Of a DNA stretch of 64,000 nucleotides, positions 1 through 9,845 are shown piece after piece. The position numbers and the translations under genes are program-made. The stretch is from Candidatus Latescibacterota bacterium (GTDB lineage: Bacteria > Latescibacterota > CBDEFO01). Location of the stretch: contig CBDEFO010000003.1 in assembly GCA_965237525.1 (NCBI GenBank), positions 128,001 through 192,000 on the forward strand. The letters are read 5' to 3'. Within the stretch, counting starts at the first letter, position 1. Each line of letters starts with the position of its first letter. The notes under the pieces were generated by a model. The model was not told the DNA's origin and did no database searches. It saw nothing but the letters and a program-made list of their open reading frames with translations.

Positions 1-1
1 A

Positions 2-307
2 AACGCGCAACGCAAGTGAATGGAGAGTGGTTACACTTACCCGTGCACCTTTGGGAACACCCTCATTAGAGCAGTATTTTTGAATTCGATCTCGAAGGTG
101 ACGAGCCGAGGCTCGGGTAAACGATACCACGAAAACGGAATCAGCATTGACATCTTTGTCAGCGATAAGACATCGTACTCTTTCTTCAATTGAGTAAGAC
201 TTTCCCGTTCCGGGACCTGCGACAAGTCGCACTTGATTATGCGTGTCATGGGCAGCTGCGTGTTGGAAGGATTGAGCAACTTCAATCTGTTCTGGGGTGA
301 TCGGCAT
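2..307 (-). CDS. UvrD/PcrA/Rep-like superfamily 1 helicase, N-terminal 102 codons (runs off the window edge)
   Basis: Manual translation from ATG 307: MPITPEQIEVAQSFQHAAAHDTHNQVRLVAGPGTGKSYSIEERV...VVSFTRASARHLRDRI...VTTLHSLALRV. Contains Walker A AGPGTGKS, motif Ia SFTRASA and TTLHSL; no stop before position 1. Not in the ORF track. Confidence 0.88.
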   Translation of the reverse strand, partial: MPITPEQIEVAQSFQHAAAHDTHNQVRLVAGPGTGKSYSIEERVRCLIADKDVNADSVFVVSFTRASARHLRDRIQKYCSNEGVPKGARVSVTTLHSLALRV

Positions 308-323
308 ATTTTCGTATAAACAT

Positions 324-412
324 TGGTGCCGAAGCCGGGAGTCGAACCCGGATGGACGTTAAAGCCCGCGGGATTTTGAGCCCCGTGTGTCTACCAGTTT
401 CACCACTTCGGC
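324..412 (-). tRNA. tRNA-Leu (CAA)
   Basis: GCCGAAGTGGTGAAACTGGTAGACAC...CT-CAA-AA...GGTTCGACTCC...CGGCACCA; long variable arm, encoded CCA. Confidence 0.96.
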
Positions 413-488
413 ACCTGTATTCAGATTGTCCAAATATGCGGGTAAGCAGCCAGCGCCAGACTGGAATGTCTGACGCGACACCCTTGAA

Positions 489-980
489 TCAAAAACTATC
501 AGCCCGATCAAATCCAGGGGCGTTTGCCTTGCACGGTCCTATGATCTCTGAGAAGACGACCGCTTGTACGACAGATTTAGAGTTAAATCGAATCGGCAGA
601 CGCACAGGAGCTTTATATTCTGCTTTTTGAGCAACCTTCTTTTCAGGAGACTTGGCAGGTTTTGAAGGTGCAACGTGCACAGCGGGTGGAACGACCACTT
701 CGGATTGTCCACTCGATTCTGGCTGAACATACCTTAAAGCCTCTAACATTTCAGTCCTTTTCCGCGCTAAAGTCTCCCGCTTGTGTATCTGATCTTCAGC
801 TTCAAAATCGTATTCTTCTTCCATTTCATCCGCCGGCATTATATCCCGCAGTGCCCTGGGAATAGGAACAGCAGGCGGCCCAGCTGTGGAATCTTCCTTC
901 GCCTTTCTCTCCGCCTGCCGGATCTTGCTGAATATATAGGATATTACGATGAGAATGATGACAAACCAGAAACTATCCAT
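489..980 (-). CDS. hypothetical membrane-anchored protein (YqfB-like position after floA)
   Basis: 163 aa, N-terminal hydrophobic helix, C-terminal AVVFSEIIGP motif; third gene of the nfeD-floA operon. Confidence 0.7.
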   Translation of the reverse strand: MDSFWFVIILIVISYIFSKIRQAERKAKEDSTAGPPAVPIPRALRDIMPADEMEEEYDFEAEDQIHKRETLARKRTEMLEALRYVQPESSGQSEVVVPPAVHVAPSKPAKSPEKKVAQKAEYKAPVRLPIRFNSKSVVQAVVFSEIIGPCKANAPGFDRADSF

Positions 981-1037
981 TACACGATCTTTCTTTTTTG
1001 AACTGCTTGTTACAGAGTCAACATGTTTTCCCTAAAT

Positions 1038-1064
1038 GTAGGGGCGAGATAATCTCGCCCCTAC
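1038..1064. repeat. GTAG-type REP-like perfect palindrome
   Basis: GTAGGGGCGAGAT-A-ATCTCGCCCCTAC, 13-bp arms. Confidence 0.8.
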
Positions 1065-1094
1065 TTCGATACCCCATATCGCAACTATAGAACT

Positions 1095-2117
1095 CTATGA
1101 GGAACCGTCCTGATCTCCGCCAGGAGGAGTTGAATCAGACGCGCTCTCAGATATAGAGGTCCTCATATCTGAGTCCGACTCGATATTCCTCATACGATAG
1201 TAGTCCATAATTCCCAGGTTGCCGCTCCTGAATGCCTCTGCCATAGCGAGAGGAACCTGGGCTTCGGCCTCCACCACCTTTGCTCTCATTTCCTGGACTC
1301 TCGCCAGCATCTCCTGTTCCTGGGCTACGGCAAGGGCGCGCCTTTCTTCTGCTTTGGCTCTGGCTATTTTAAGGTCCGCCTCCGCCTGATCCGTCTGAAG
1401 TTTGGCGCCGATATTCTCTCCAACATCCACATCCGCGATGTCTATGGAGAGTATATCGTAAGCCGTCCCCGAATCGAGCCCCTTCTCAAGCACTGTCCTG
1501 GAGATGCGATCTGGATTCTCCAGGACTTGCTTGTGGGTCTGAGACGATCCTATAGTCGTGACTATCCCCTCTCCGACTCTGGCTACTATGGTCTCCTCCC
1601 CCGCTCCACCTACCAGCCGGTCTATATTGGCTCTGACAGTTACCTTTGAAGTGGCTACAACCTGGATCCCGTCAACAGCCACCGCGGCCACTCTGGGGGT
1701 AGTTATCACCTTGGGATTCACGCTTACCTTGACAGCCTCAAGCACGTCTCTGCCTGCAAGGTCTATGGCAGCGGCCCTTTCGAAGTTCAAGGCTATATTC
1801 GCTTTGTCAGCGGATATGAGGGCGTTGATTACGGCATGAACGTTACCGCCTGCCAGATAGTGCGCCTCCATCTTGTCTATATCCACACTTAATCCGGCCT
1901 TCGTGGCGCTGATCTTGGGTCTGATGATACCCTGAGGGGGAACCTTGCGCAACCTCATACCAAAAAGATCTCCAAAGATCTTGACCTTCACGCCGGAAAA
2001 ATAGGCTGTGATCCACAATCCTATCGGAACATAATGTAGAAAGATAAGCACAAATGTTATGAGAACCGCTATTACTATCAATATGACTGTCGAACCTAAT
2101 TCTGCCATCAGTTCCAC
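1095..2117 (-). CDS. floA: flotillin-like protein FloA (YqfA/UPF0365)
   Basis: [43 protein letters not shown] motifs; GTG start. Confidence 0.93.
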   Translation of the reverse strand: MELMAELGSTVILIVIAVLITFVLIFLHYVPIGLWITAYFSGVKVKIFGDLFGMRLRKVPPQGIIRPKISATKAGLSVDIDKMEAHYLAGGNVHAVINALISADKANIALNFERAAAIDLAGRDVLEAVKVSVNPKVITTPRVAAVAVDGIQVVATSKVTVRANIDRLVGGAGEETIVARVGEGIVTTIGSSQTHKQVLENPDRISRTVLEKGLDSGTAYDILSIDIADVDVGENIGAKLQTDQAEADLKIARAKAEERRALAVAQEQEMLARVQEMRAKVVEAEAQVPLAMAEAFRSGNLGIMDYYRMRNIESDSDMRTSISESASDSTPPGGDQDGSS

Positions 2118-2179
2118 CTCCTGGGGTTTAGTCCTACAGATAATGGCAAGTCCCCCGATTTAAGAAGGAGACCTGCAAT

Positions 2180-3535
2180 TTACGCTTGTCTTACGACTAT
2201 TTTGCTTCCCTCCACAGCTATGATCTTTATCACCTTGTGTTTCTCTATGTAGTCACCCTCGGAAACTACGTCGAGCCGTCTTCCGCTGAAGGTCCCTGTT
2301 CCCGCCGGTCGAAGCATTGTTAAGGCGAGGCCTGTAGCCCCCACCAAATGCTCGTACTCGGACGGAGAGGATCTAAAACCTTCCTCTGTCTTCTCCGCAG
2401 CCTGAAGTATAAGCTTGTTCCAGAAGCTGATTCTGGGAAGAGACCTGAGTACTAAGATAGAAACGAGTATCGAAAGGATAAATGCAAGCCCCATAGAGGT
2501 TACGGCTCTTGACACTTCCTTCATTGTCCAAAAGGTCATGTACTCGACTCCGCCCATTAAACTTGCAAAGAGTCCCGCCATTATAGACACGATTCCTGCA
2601 AGCCCCACCAGTCCAAAGCCCGGAATATACAGAACCTCGATAAGGAGCATTATAGCTCCCGCTGCGAACAGCAAAGGTCCTTCCCACCCTGCCAGATGGA
2701 CGAGATAATGGCTCCAGAAGAAGAGTCCCAAAGAGATGAGACCTACACTCCCGCCGACCCCCCAACCTGGAGTTCTCAACTCGAACAGGAGTCCCAAGAA
2801 ACCCAAACTCATCAGGAGCGAACTGACTATAGGGTGGGTAAAAAAGCGCGCTAAAACTTCCGCCCAGTTTGTTTCGACCCTGATTATCCTTGCCCCCGAC
2901 AGGTCATATAGACCCAGAACCTCCTGGAGTTTTTCGTCCCTGTCCAACTTTTCAACTTTGTGGTCAGCTATTTTATACTGTAGTGCCTCCTCTGTGGTAA
3001 GGGTTAAGAGCTTTCCTTTCGGGGCAAGATCAGGAATATCCACATCTTCGTCCACCATCGCCTCAGCCAGGTCGGTAGGACGGCCGGTCTTTTCGGCCGT
3101 GGCCTTCATCTCACTTCTGAAATAGGAGATGACCTTCTCGCTGGCTTTCTTGCCTTGAAGATCAACAGCAGTCGCCGCCCCTATGGTGCCTCCCTCGGAC
3201 ATAACTATGTGATCTGCAGCTAACGATATTAGAGCGCCGGCGGAGATGGCTCTCGGATTGATGAAGGCGATGGTCTTAGTCTCTGTATATAAAATAGCGT
3301 CCCTAATTATTAAGGCCGCATCTACTCTGCCTCCGGGCGTATCTATTTCGAAAATGATGGCATCAACGCCCAGTTTCTCAGCTTCTTTGATCGCTCTTTC
3401 CACAAAGGCGGCCAAGCCCCTGTCAACTACATCCTTGATGGGAACTACAGAAACGCTCTTCCCCAAGGCATGAACGGGCAGAAGGAGCATAAGACTCAGG
3501 GCCAAAAAGGTGGCATATTTGGCTGCTGCTTTCAT
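2180..3535 (-). CDS. nfeD: NfeD-family membrane-bound ClpP-class serine protease (YqeZ-like)
   Basis: IDTPGG, AISAGALI, TM block, C-terminal OB fold (LRPAG...DVVSEG); directly upstream of floA. Confidence 0.9.
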   Translation of the reverse strand: MKAAAKYATFLALSLMLLLPVHALGKSVSVVPIKDVVDRGLAAFVERAIKEAEKLGVDAIIFEIDTPGGRVDAALIIRDAILYTETKTIAFINPRAISAGALISLAADHIVMSEGGTIGAATAVDLQGKKASEKVISYFRSEMKATAEKTGRPTDLAEAMVDEDVDIPDLAPKGKLLTLTTEEALQYKIADHKVEKLDRDEKLQEVLGLYDLSGARIIRVETNWAEVLARFFTHPIVSSLLMSLGFLGLLFELRTPGWGVGGSVGLISLGLFFWSHYLVHLAGWEGPLLFAAGAIMLLIEVLYIPGFGLVGLAGIVSIMAGLFASLMGGVEYMTFWTMKEVSRAVTSMGLAFILSILVSILVLRSLPRISFWNKLILQAAEKTEEGFRSSPSEYEHLVGATGLALTMLRPAGTGTFSGRRLDVVSEGDYIEKHKVIKIIAVEGSKIVVRQA

Positions 3536-3577
3536 TTGATCTTATCCAGGATTAAGTTATTATTATTCTCCACCGTA

Positions 3578-3606
3578 ATTTTACTACAATCCTTTTCATT
3601 TGTCAA
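3578..3606 (-). promoter_or_regulatory. sigma70-type promoter of the nfeD-floA operon
   Basis: TTGACA-N17-TAAAAT on the minus strand, 42 nt upstream of the nfeD ATG. Confidence 0.7.
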
Positions 3607-3630
3607 CACCTTTTTCAAAAGCAGGAAGCA

Positions 3631-4236
3631 CTACTGATTCCTCCGGATAAAATCTCGGATAGCCACCTTGCCGTCTTCCAGTATGGACGCGCCATCAGCC
3701 GCTAAGACCGACCCATATTCGTACTCTAAAAGCACCTTTATGCCCTCCTTGGTCTTCTCTATGTCCTTATATTTCTCGGGTGGAAGGAGATTAAGTTGAC
3801 CTTGCGGCTTTCCTATCAGAGCATCTCCCAATATCAGGACCGGTTCTTCTCTCTCCAAAAGCAGGGCGGATTCCCCCGGGGATTTGTTGCCCTGAACATG
3901 GATAACCACCAAGCCTCCGGGGAGTTTAGCTTTATCTTTGAAGGTTTTGTCTGCCTCCACTTCCTCCATTAGTGGAGCGTCCAATTCGTTTATGTAGACC
4001 TGGGCGTCGTACTTGAGCTTCAAGTGGGCCGCCTCCCTTTCGTGATCCCTGTTGGTAATGATGATATACTTCGGCGCGCCTATCTTATCTATCTCCTCCT
4101 CATCCGAAGGTGTCATCTCAGTCGGATCTATCATAACGTTTCCGCCCTCAGACTTTATAAGGAAGCCGTTGAAATCCATCCCCTTTTCCTGGGAATACCA
4201 CGACCATGTATATATGTCTTTAAGTATCTCTTTCAT
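3631..4236 (-). CDS. metallo-beta-lactamase fold protein
   Basis: NGFLI..VMIDP, IIITNRDHER (degenerate HxHxDH), ILGDAL motifs. Confidence 0.75.
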   Translation of the reverse strand: MKEILKDIYTWSWYSQEKGMDFNGFLIKSEGGNVMIDPTEMTPSDEEEIDKIGAPKYIIITNRDHEREAAHLKLKYDAQVYINELDAPLMEEVEADKTFKDKAKLPGGLVVIHVQGNKSPGESALLLEREEPVLILGDALIGKPQGQLNLLPPEKYKDIEKTKEGIKVLLEYEYGSVLAADGASILEDGKVAIRDFIRRNQ

Positions 4237-4414
4237 GCTCAGACTCCTCCCGCATCTATATTAATGCATAGTTAAGTAACATTTCCGTGTTTTATGAAGC
4301 TTTTCAGCATATTTTGATCTGAGCTGTATAGTATGGCTCATAGGCTTCAAACTCCCGCTCCGACTGCTGGACTGTCTCCTTTAAATGATGTCCTCACCTA
4401 TCAGTTTGTAGTCA

Positions 4415-5143
4415 TCACCGACCCTTTGAAATGCTCTGTTTCCCCTTTCTCTTCCACTCTTCATATTCCCTTAAGGTCGCCTCATCGGGAGGATATGTCT
4501 CGAAGATCTTCCGATGCCCGTCCTCCTTGAGCTTGGCTTTCAGGAAACTCTCCGTGTGTTCTAACGCAAGGGCCTCTTGGGCCACTTGGGACGACAATTC
4601 TTGAGGAATTACAATCACTCCCTGCGCATCGCCCAACAGCACATCCCCGGGAACTACCGCGACTCCTCCGCAGCTTACGGTCACGTTCATCTCTATCCCC
4701 ACTATTCTTCTGGCGCTTCCAGACGCATGTGCTCCTTTGATGTACAGGGGAAGATCCATTTTGCTGAGCGCAGAAAGATCCCTGATTGCTCCATTCACGA
4801 CTAACCCTCCGCCGCCTCTTACTACAAATCGCGTCATGATTACGTCTCCCACAAATCCAGCCTCCGTGCAGCCATCGGCGTCCACAACTAAAATATCACC
4901 TGGGTTAGCTGCCTCCACAGCCTGTTGATGGACGGGATAGCCTTTTTTCTGCAACTGTTCCTGGATGTCCTTACGCACAGGGACGTATCTGACAGTTGTC
5001 GCCTGTCCGACCATCATCAGCTCGGGACGTATTACTTCAAGCCCAGTCATAAACGTGTCCGGGTAACCCAGACGGTCTAAGATGCTCCATAGAGAGTCCG
5101 TGCTGACTTTCTTCAGATCTTCCAATATCTTTTTGTCTACCAC
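4415..5143 (-). CDS. RraA/HMG-CHA aldolase family protein
   Basis: PGDILVVDA, GLVVNGAIRD, GGVAVVPGDVLLGDAQGVIVIP motifs. Confidence 0.88.
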   Translation of the reverse strand: MVDKKILEDLKKVSTDSLWSILDRLGYPDTFMTGLEVIRPELMMVGQATTVRYVPVRKDIQEQLQKKGYPVHQQAVEAANPGDILVVDADGCTEAGFVGDVIMTRFVVRGGGGLVVNGAIRDLSALSKMDLPLYIKGAHASGSARRIVGIEMNVTVSCGGVAVVPGDVLLGDAQGVIVIPQELSSQVAQEALALEHTESFLKAKLKEDGHRKIFETYPPDEATLREYEEWKRKGKQSISKGR

Positions 5144-6309
5144 GTATCTCCGGCCATAGATATAAGGTTCATCTCTGTTAGATAACTGCCTATAAGCTCC
5201 GCCGCCAGTTTGTGTCCCTCCGGGCTCCAGTGAGTGTCTCGGGGATAGAAGAGATGCTTTCCATCCCTGACTTGTTCTACGAATTCTGGAAGGAGGTCCA
5301 GAATCGGTATACCAGCCTTCTGACAGTAGTCGGAGATCATTCTGTTAGGTCTATATAGATCGTATTGCCCTTCCATTTCCAACTCTCGCTTTCTCTTTTC
5401 CCATTCGTCCGTGTGAACCTGCATTTTAGCCGGGACAGTCACCACAAGCATCTTCCCCCCTCTGCTTTCCACCTCATCGGAGAGCTTACCTATAAGAGCC
5501 TTGGTCAGCATCCAAGTATAATTTAATTTAGGATGATACACATCCGAATACAGACGGACATAGTATCTTACGGACAAATCTCTTATTCTCTGTTCAGTGA
5601 ACTGTGAGCGTACCAGGTTATAAAGATGGGAGCTGTCCCAGAAGATCAGGTCGATTCGTCGCACTATCTCCTGAGGCTTCGGCCGATCTTCATCCCAGAA
5701 GAGGGACCTCGGAACAGGAACACCCTTTAAGACGAGCTTACCATTTCTCAATTGGAAATAAGGCTTGAATCCCTTCTCAGTGCCTATCCCGATCTTTGAA
5801 GCGTTGTTCCCCACGTCATTTAGGTAGAAGAATACGATCACCAGATCGGGCGAATACTTTACGCCCTCTCTTTGAAAGAACAAAAGCTCCTGATCTGTCC
5901 CGTATCCCGCCACACTGCAGTTTACAACTTCGTACTTTTTATCGCCTCCTTGAAGATTTAATATCTCTTCGAGCCTCCTTGTCACAGAATCCTCAAGTTC
6001 CACTCCCCATCCCTCGACAAAGGAATCTCCAAAGGCTAAGATGCGAAATGTATTATCTTTCTTGGCGTAGTCCCTCTCGACGTCCCTTAGTCCCTTGGAG
6101 TTGATCTTGATACTCACATCAAAGTCCCTGTGAAGCCATCTATCTTCGGCTCCCGGAATGTGCTCCCATCCCAGATTCGCCTCGTATCTCCAGACCTTCG
6201 GATTGGGGAATATCTGAGGGGCCACAATCCTCGTTCCGATCTCTAACCCGCCTAAGCCCAATAGAATTCCGACAAGCATAATAACTACTTTTGAAAGAAA
6301 CTTTTTCAT
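5137..6309 (-). CDS. membrane-anchored SGNH/GDSL hydrolase (AlgX/AlgJ-like O-acetyltransferase/esterase)
   Basis: N-terminal TM; INSKGLRD, AFGDSFVEG, GYGTDQE, DTHWSPEGH (DxH). Confidence 0.85.
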   Translation of the reverse strand: MKKFLSKVVIMLVGILLGLGGLEIGTRIVAPQIFPNPKVWRYEANLGWEHIPGAEDRWLHRDFDVSIKINSKGLRDVERDYAKKDNTFRILAFGDSFVEGWGVELEDSVTRRLEEILNLQGGDKKYEVVNCSVAGYGTDQELLFFQREGVKYSPDLVIVFFYLNDVGNNASKIGIGTEKGFKPYFQLRNGKLVLKGVPVPRSLFWDEDRPKPQEIVRRIDLIFWDSSHLYNLVRSQFTEQRIRDLSVRYYVRLYSDVYHPKLNYTWMLTKALIGKLSDEVESRGGKMLVVTVPAKMQVHTDEWEKRKRELEMEGQYDLYRPNRMISDYCQKAGIPILDLLPEFVEQVRDGKHLFYPRDTHWSPEGHKLAAELIGSYLTEMNLISMAGDTW

Positions 6310-7727
6310 CTGTAAGCACTTTTTGAAAGATACACCTTATTAAGATAATGACGCCCTTGTTCGTTTTCTGGATCCCACTCTAGAAGATCTCTCAGAACTC
6401 TTTCAGCGTCGTCCGATCTATTTTCCTCCATATAGGCGTTAGCCAGGAAAAGATACACCTTCTTATCCTGCCTGGGATAGATATTTATCCCCTTAGATAG
6501 GTGTTCAATTGCCTTTTTATAGTCCTCTTTCACGAGAAAATATTTTCCAGAATCTCTATACTGTACACCCTCTAAAGTCTTTAATCTTGAAAAGCTCGAT
6601 ACTCCTATGAGCACAACTAAAACTGCCGTCAGTGCTTTCAGAGACACTCTTTCCCTGTTCCACATCCACAATAAAAGAAATGATAGGAGAATGGAACTTC
6701 CCAGAGCCGGAAGATAGTTGTATCTCGGAACGTTGTAGCCTCTGTTCCAAAGCGCATAGGGAAACACACAGACAAGTATCCACACTATCCAGAACGACAC
6801 TTTGGGTTTTGCCTTCCACAAGAAGAAGATCGAAACCCCTAAAAGAACGTAGCCCAACTTCCACACCCAGTATAAAGAGCTCTTCAATTCGATCAGATTC
6901 CAGTGAGCCTCCGTTAAGAGCCAAAAGAGATAACTTGAGTAGTTTTGGAGGACATGGAGTCCCATTTCGTACGTCTCATTGCTCGAGAAGGGGCTATTGT
7001 ACACAAATCTATCGACCGACCAGAAAACAACTGCTGACAGTATAAAGGGGAGGACGGACTTGAAGAACCTAATCCCCCTCAATTTGCCTATCCAGAAAAG
7101 ATAAGCAAACAGAGGAACTATCGCTATCCCCATAGACTGATGCATGAACATCGAGACCAAAAATGAGATCCCAGAAAGGACAATCCAGCCCGTTTTCTTT
7201 TGATTTACATAATACTGTGCAAATATAAACGATGTGAGGACAAAGGTGGTTCCCAAAAGTATCGACACTGCTGAAATCCAATAGGTCGCCCTGTAGTGAG
7301 AGCAGTTAAGGAGAAAGAGGAATCCCGACAGTAATCCCATCTGGGTGCCGCACGGGTAGGACCTCGCTGGCAGGCCACTACGTGGGTGGTTGAAGAAGAC
7401 ACTCACAAGATATGCAAAAACGAGGGCGTTGACTGTATGCACAAAGACGTTGAAGAGGTGGTACGACTTCGCGTCTTCCTTGAAGGATTTGTAGAGAAAA
7501 TAAAATAGCGTGTGGACTCCGAGCCTGCTCGCCCAGGGTTTGGAGAAAGATGGAGAGAATATATACTTGGGATCGCTCTGGGCCAGCCGGGCATTTTTTA
7601 CGTAGTCTTCATCATCGAATGTAAACGAGTGAAACCCCATATTGTAGAACGTCGCCGACGATACGAAGACCGTAAAAAGGGCATAAATCGCCCATAGTTT
7701 CACATTCGCGGCTGCACTACGGCCCAT
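6306..7727 (-). CDS. multi-pass GT-C-type (TMTC/PMT-like) membrane protein with C-terminal TPR
   Basis: FDDEDY acidic loop motif, YHLFNVFVHTVN, RYNYLP, many TM helices, TPR tail; overlaps the SGNH start by 4 nt. Confidence 0.7.
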   Translation of the reverse strand: MGRSAAANVKLWAIYALFTVFVSSATFYNMGFHSFTFDDEDYVKNARLAQSDPKYIFSPSFSKPWASRLGVHTLFYFLYKSFKEDAKSYHLFNVFVHTVNALVFAYLVSVFFNHPRSGLPARSYPCGTQMGLLSGFLFLLNCSHYRATYWISAVSILLGTTFVLTSFIFAQYYVNQKKTGWIVLSGISFLVSMFMHQSMGIAIVPLFAYLFWIGKLRGIRFFKSVLPFILSAVVFWSVDRFVYNSPFSSNETYEMGLHVLQNYSSYLFWLLTEAHWNLIELKSSLYWVWKLGYVLLGVSIFFLWKAKPKVSFWIVWILVCVFPYALWNRGYNVPRYNYLPALGSSILLSFLLLWMWNRERVSLKALTAVLVVLIGVSSFSRLKTLEGVQYRDSGKYFLVKEDYKKAIEHLSKGINIYPRQDKKVYLFLANAYMEENRSDDAERVLRDLLEWDPENEQGRHYLNKVYLSKSAYR

Positions 7728-7790
7728 ATCGGCGCTGTCTCGGTTAAGTGTGTCATTTGACAGTCCTTGTCTAAAACTCTTCGCTCTGTC

Positions 7791-8732
7791 TCAGGCCTGT
7801 TTTCTCTTTGCTCCTTTCAAATCCTTATCATCAAAAGGAATGGTAAGTTGCTGTTCGTATTCCTTTATTCTCTGCTCTGCCAACTTCACATACTCCTCTT
7901 TGATGTCGTAGCCTATGTAGCGTCTCTTTGCCTTTATCGCAGCAATACAGGAAGACCCGCTCCCGCAGAAAGGATCTAACACAACTTCATCTTTGAAGGT
8001 GTAAAGTTGAATCAGCCGATGTGGAAGCTCAACCGGAAAAGGGGCGGGATGTCCGATCTTTTGCGCAGATTCGGCGGAGAATGTCCACACGCTCTTTGTC
8101 AACTCCAGGAATTCTGCCTTATTGATTGTATCTTCCCTACCTTTCTTCTTTCGGCTGAAGGAATCCTTTGAAAAAACTAGGATATACTCATGAATATCCC
8201 TTAAAGTCGGATTCGCTGCCGATTGCCAGCTTCCCCATGCCGTTGATGGGCTGGAACTTGTCGCCTTGTTCCAGATCATTTCACCCCGCATCAGGAAGCC
8301 AATCTCGTGCATATCCTGAATAATATAACTGTGAAGAGGAATGTAAGGCTTTCGTCCCAGGTTCGCTATGCTCACACATGCCCTGCCTCCAGTGACAAGA
8401 ACGCGATAGGTCTCTCTGAAGACCCGTTTGAGCAGATCCCTGCATTCATCCAGTGACAGATCTTCGTCGTACTCTTTCGTTACGTTATAGGGCGGCGATG
8501 TCACCATAAGGTGTATGCTGTAGTCAGGGATCTCCTCCATCGCCTCACTGCTTTTACAATATACCTTGTCTAGAACAGACGCATCTATGGGGTTTTCAAC
8601 GTATTTTACATCTGTAGGGACTATTTGCCCTTTATATAATCTACTGCTGTAAAACTTAGTGGAGTCATGACCGATTCTACCGGGTGAGCCAAAGGAACTC
8701 GTTGAAGTACTGTTCTTTCTACTATATAGGCT
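7791..8732 (-). CDS. site-specific DNA methyltransferase (N4-C/N6-A, beta class); 5' end uncertain
   Basis: TSPPY, HPAPFP, VLDPFCGSG. The frame stays open upstream of ATG 8540 (SSFGSPGRIGHDSTKFYSSRLY...) to an in-frame TGA at 8733-8735, with no ATG/GTG/TTG in between. Confidence 0.85.
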   Translation of the reverse strand, partial: SLYSRKNSTSTSSFGSPGRIGHDSTKFYSSRLYKGQIVPTDVKYVENPIDASVLDKVYCKSSEAMEEIPDYSIHLMVTSPPYNVTKEYDEDLSLDECRDLLKRVFRETYRVLVTGGRACVSIANLGRKPYIPLHSYIIQDMHEIGFLMRGEMIWNKATSSSPSTAWGSWQSAANPTLRDIHEYILVFSKDSFSRKKKGREDTINKAEFLELTKSVWTFSAESAQKIGHPAPFPVELPHRLIQLYTFKDEVVLDPFCGSGSSCIAAIKAKRRYIGYDIKEEYVKLAEQRIKEYEQQLTIPFDDKDLKGAKRKQA

Positions 8733-8976
8733 TCAAAATTTAATTCCTTTCATATCCATCTCTGGCTCGGTAGACCGGCACGGGAAATCTCTCAACATCA
8801 ATAAAATATGAAAAAGATGGCCTAAAGTAAAGGGATTTTTGCCGATTGCAAGTCGGTCTTTCTGCGCTCCTATCCCTAACCTGTTCGGCTATCCTTCCGG
8901 ATTGACGTCCGCTGTATTTTAGGTCTGTTCCTTGGCTGTAGCCTCATCCTGAAGCTGTACCTACTCCTCAAAAGAA

Positions 8977-9351
8977 CTATTTGAACTTTATAGCTGTTCC
9001 GGTGGCCCTCGATTCGGTGGACCAATTGAAGAAGTTCGGATGATCCAGGGAATATCTGACGGTGATTATCCCGTCTGCTCCAAGCTTGCGCGCCTCGGCG
9101 ATAAGCTGCTTGTTCAGAAGATCGATAAGGAGTTCATCAGAAGCCGGCGAGTTGATATCCACAACCCCGAAAAGATAGAACCCCACCCTGTAAGGGTTGA
9201 TCATCCCGATAGGTTCGTAGGGCAGGTCAATGTCCTCAGACGTCACTAACATATCGTCAGTCTCCGGCAATCTTATCGACTGCACAGAGCCACATCCGAC
9301 CAGAAGAAGCATCGTCAAAATAAGAGTGCTTGCCGGAATGAAACTTCTCAT
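8977..9351 (-). CDS. lipoprotein with YbjQ/heavy-metal-binding-like domain
   Basis: lipobox LVGC; EARKLGADGII and ATGTAIKF motifs. Confidence 0.75.
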   Translation of the reverse strand: MRSFIPASTLILTMLLLVGCGSVQSIRLPETDDMLVTSEDIDLPYEPIGMINPYRVGFYLFGVVDINSPASDELLIDLLNKQLIAEARKLGADGIITVRYSLDHPNFFNWSTESRATGTAIKFK

Positions 9352-9845
9352 TTCTGTTTTCCCTCCTATAGATATGTACTGTCCTCAACGATGTACAAGG
9401 ATCCTTCCCTGACACAAGGCACATTATGCTTGTGGGCTCTTTCGTAGCTCGGGCTCGTTCAGACGTTTGAAACTAACACTAAGATAGACAGGTAAATATA
9501 AGAAACCTGCAAAGCAGGGACAACGAAAAAAATCGTCATATCACAAAAAAGGAATTTACCATTTAAGAGATCGATCCATTCATCTGCGAATTCCTCCTAT
9601 TCTTAACGCAAAAAATACTTATCTGTAAAATTATCCTTTACATTCGAGGATCTTTTTTGTATCTTGTGTTAGCAATAGATATTTACAAGATCAGGCAATG
9701 TAAGAAATTAGGTAGGTGATGTCTATGTACTTCTGATGAGAGGCTCCAGAAACTCTCTTTCAAAAGAGAGACTACAAAGGCGTGGTCACAGCAGCAGCTT
9801 GCATCTGTCAGCAGGACGGTTTTCCTGCATAAGGGGGGATAAGCA

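Noticed and set aside
37..285. 82-aa ORF in the track
   Set aside because: Shadow frame; the overlapping frame 2..307 has clear SF1 helicase motifs.
7340..7392. Odd 16-aa loop (HPRSGLPARSYPCGTQ) in the GT-C protein as an in-frame repeat insertion
   Set aside because: The flanking CACCCA repeats are 41 nt apart (not a multiple of 3) and the sequence matches none of the repeat families seen here.
9734..9775. CTGATGAG...GAAAC resembling a hammerhead ribozyme core
   Set aside because: Stem II cannot form properly, and the position needing the UH cleavage triplet reads GAC; better explained as two simple hairpins.
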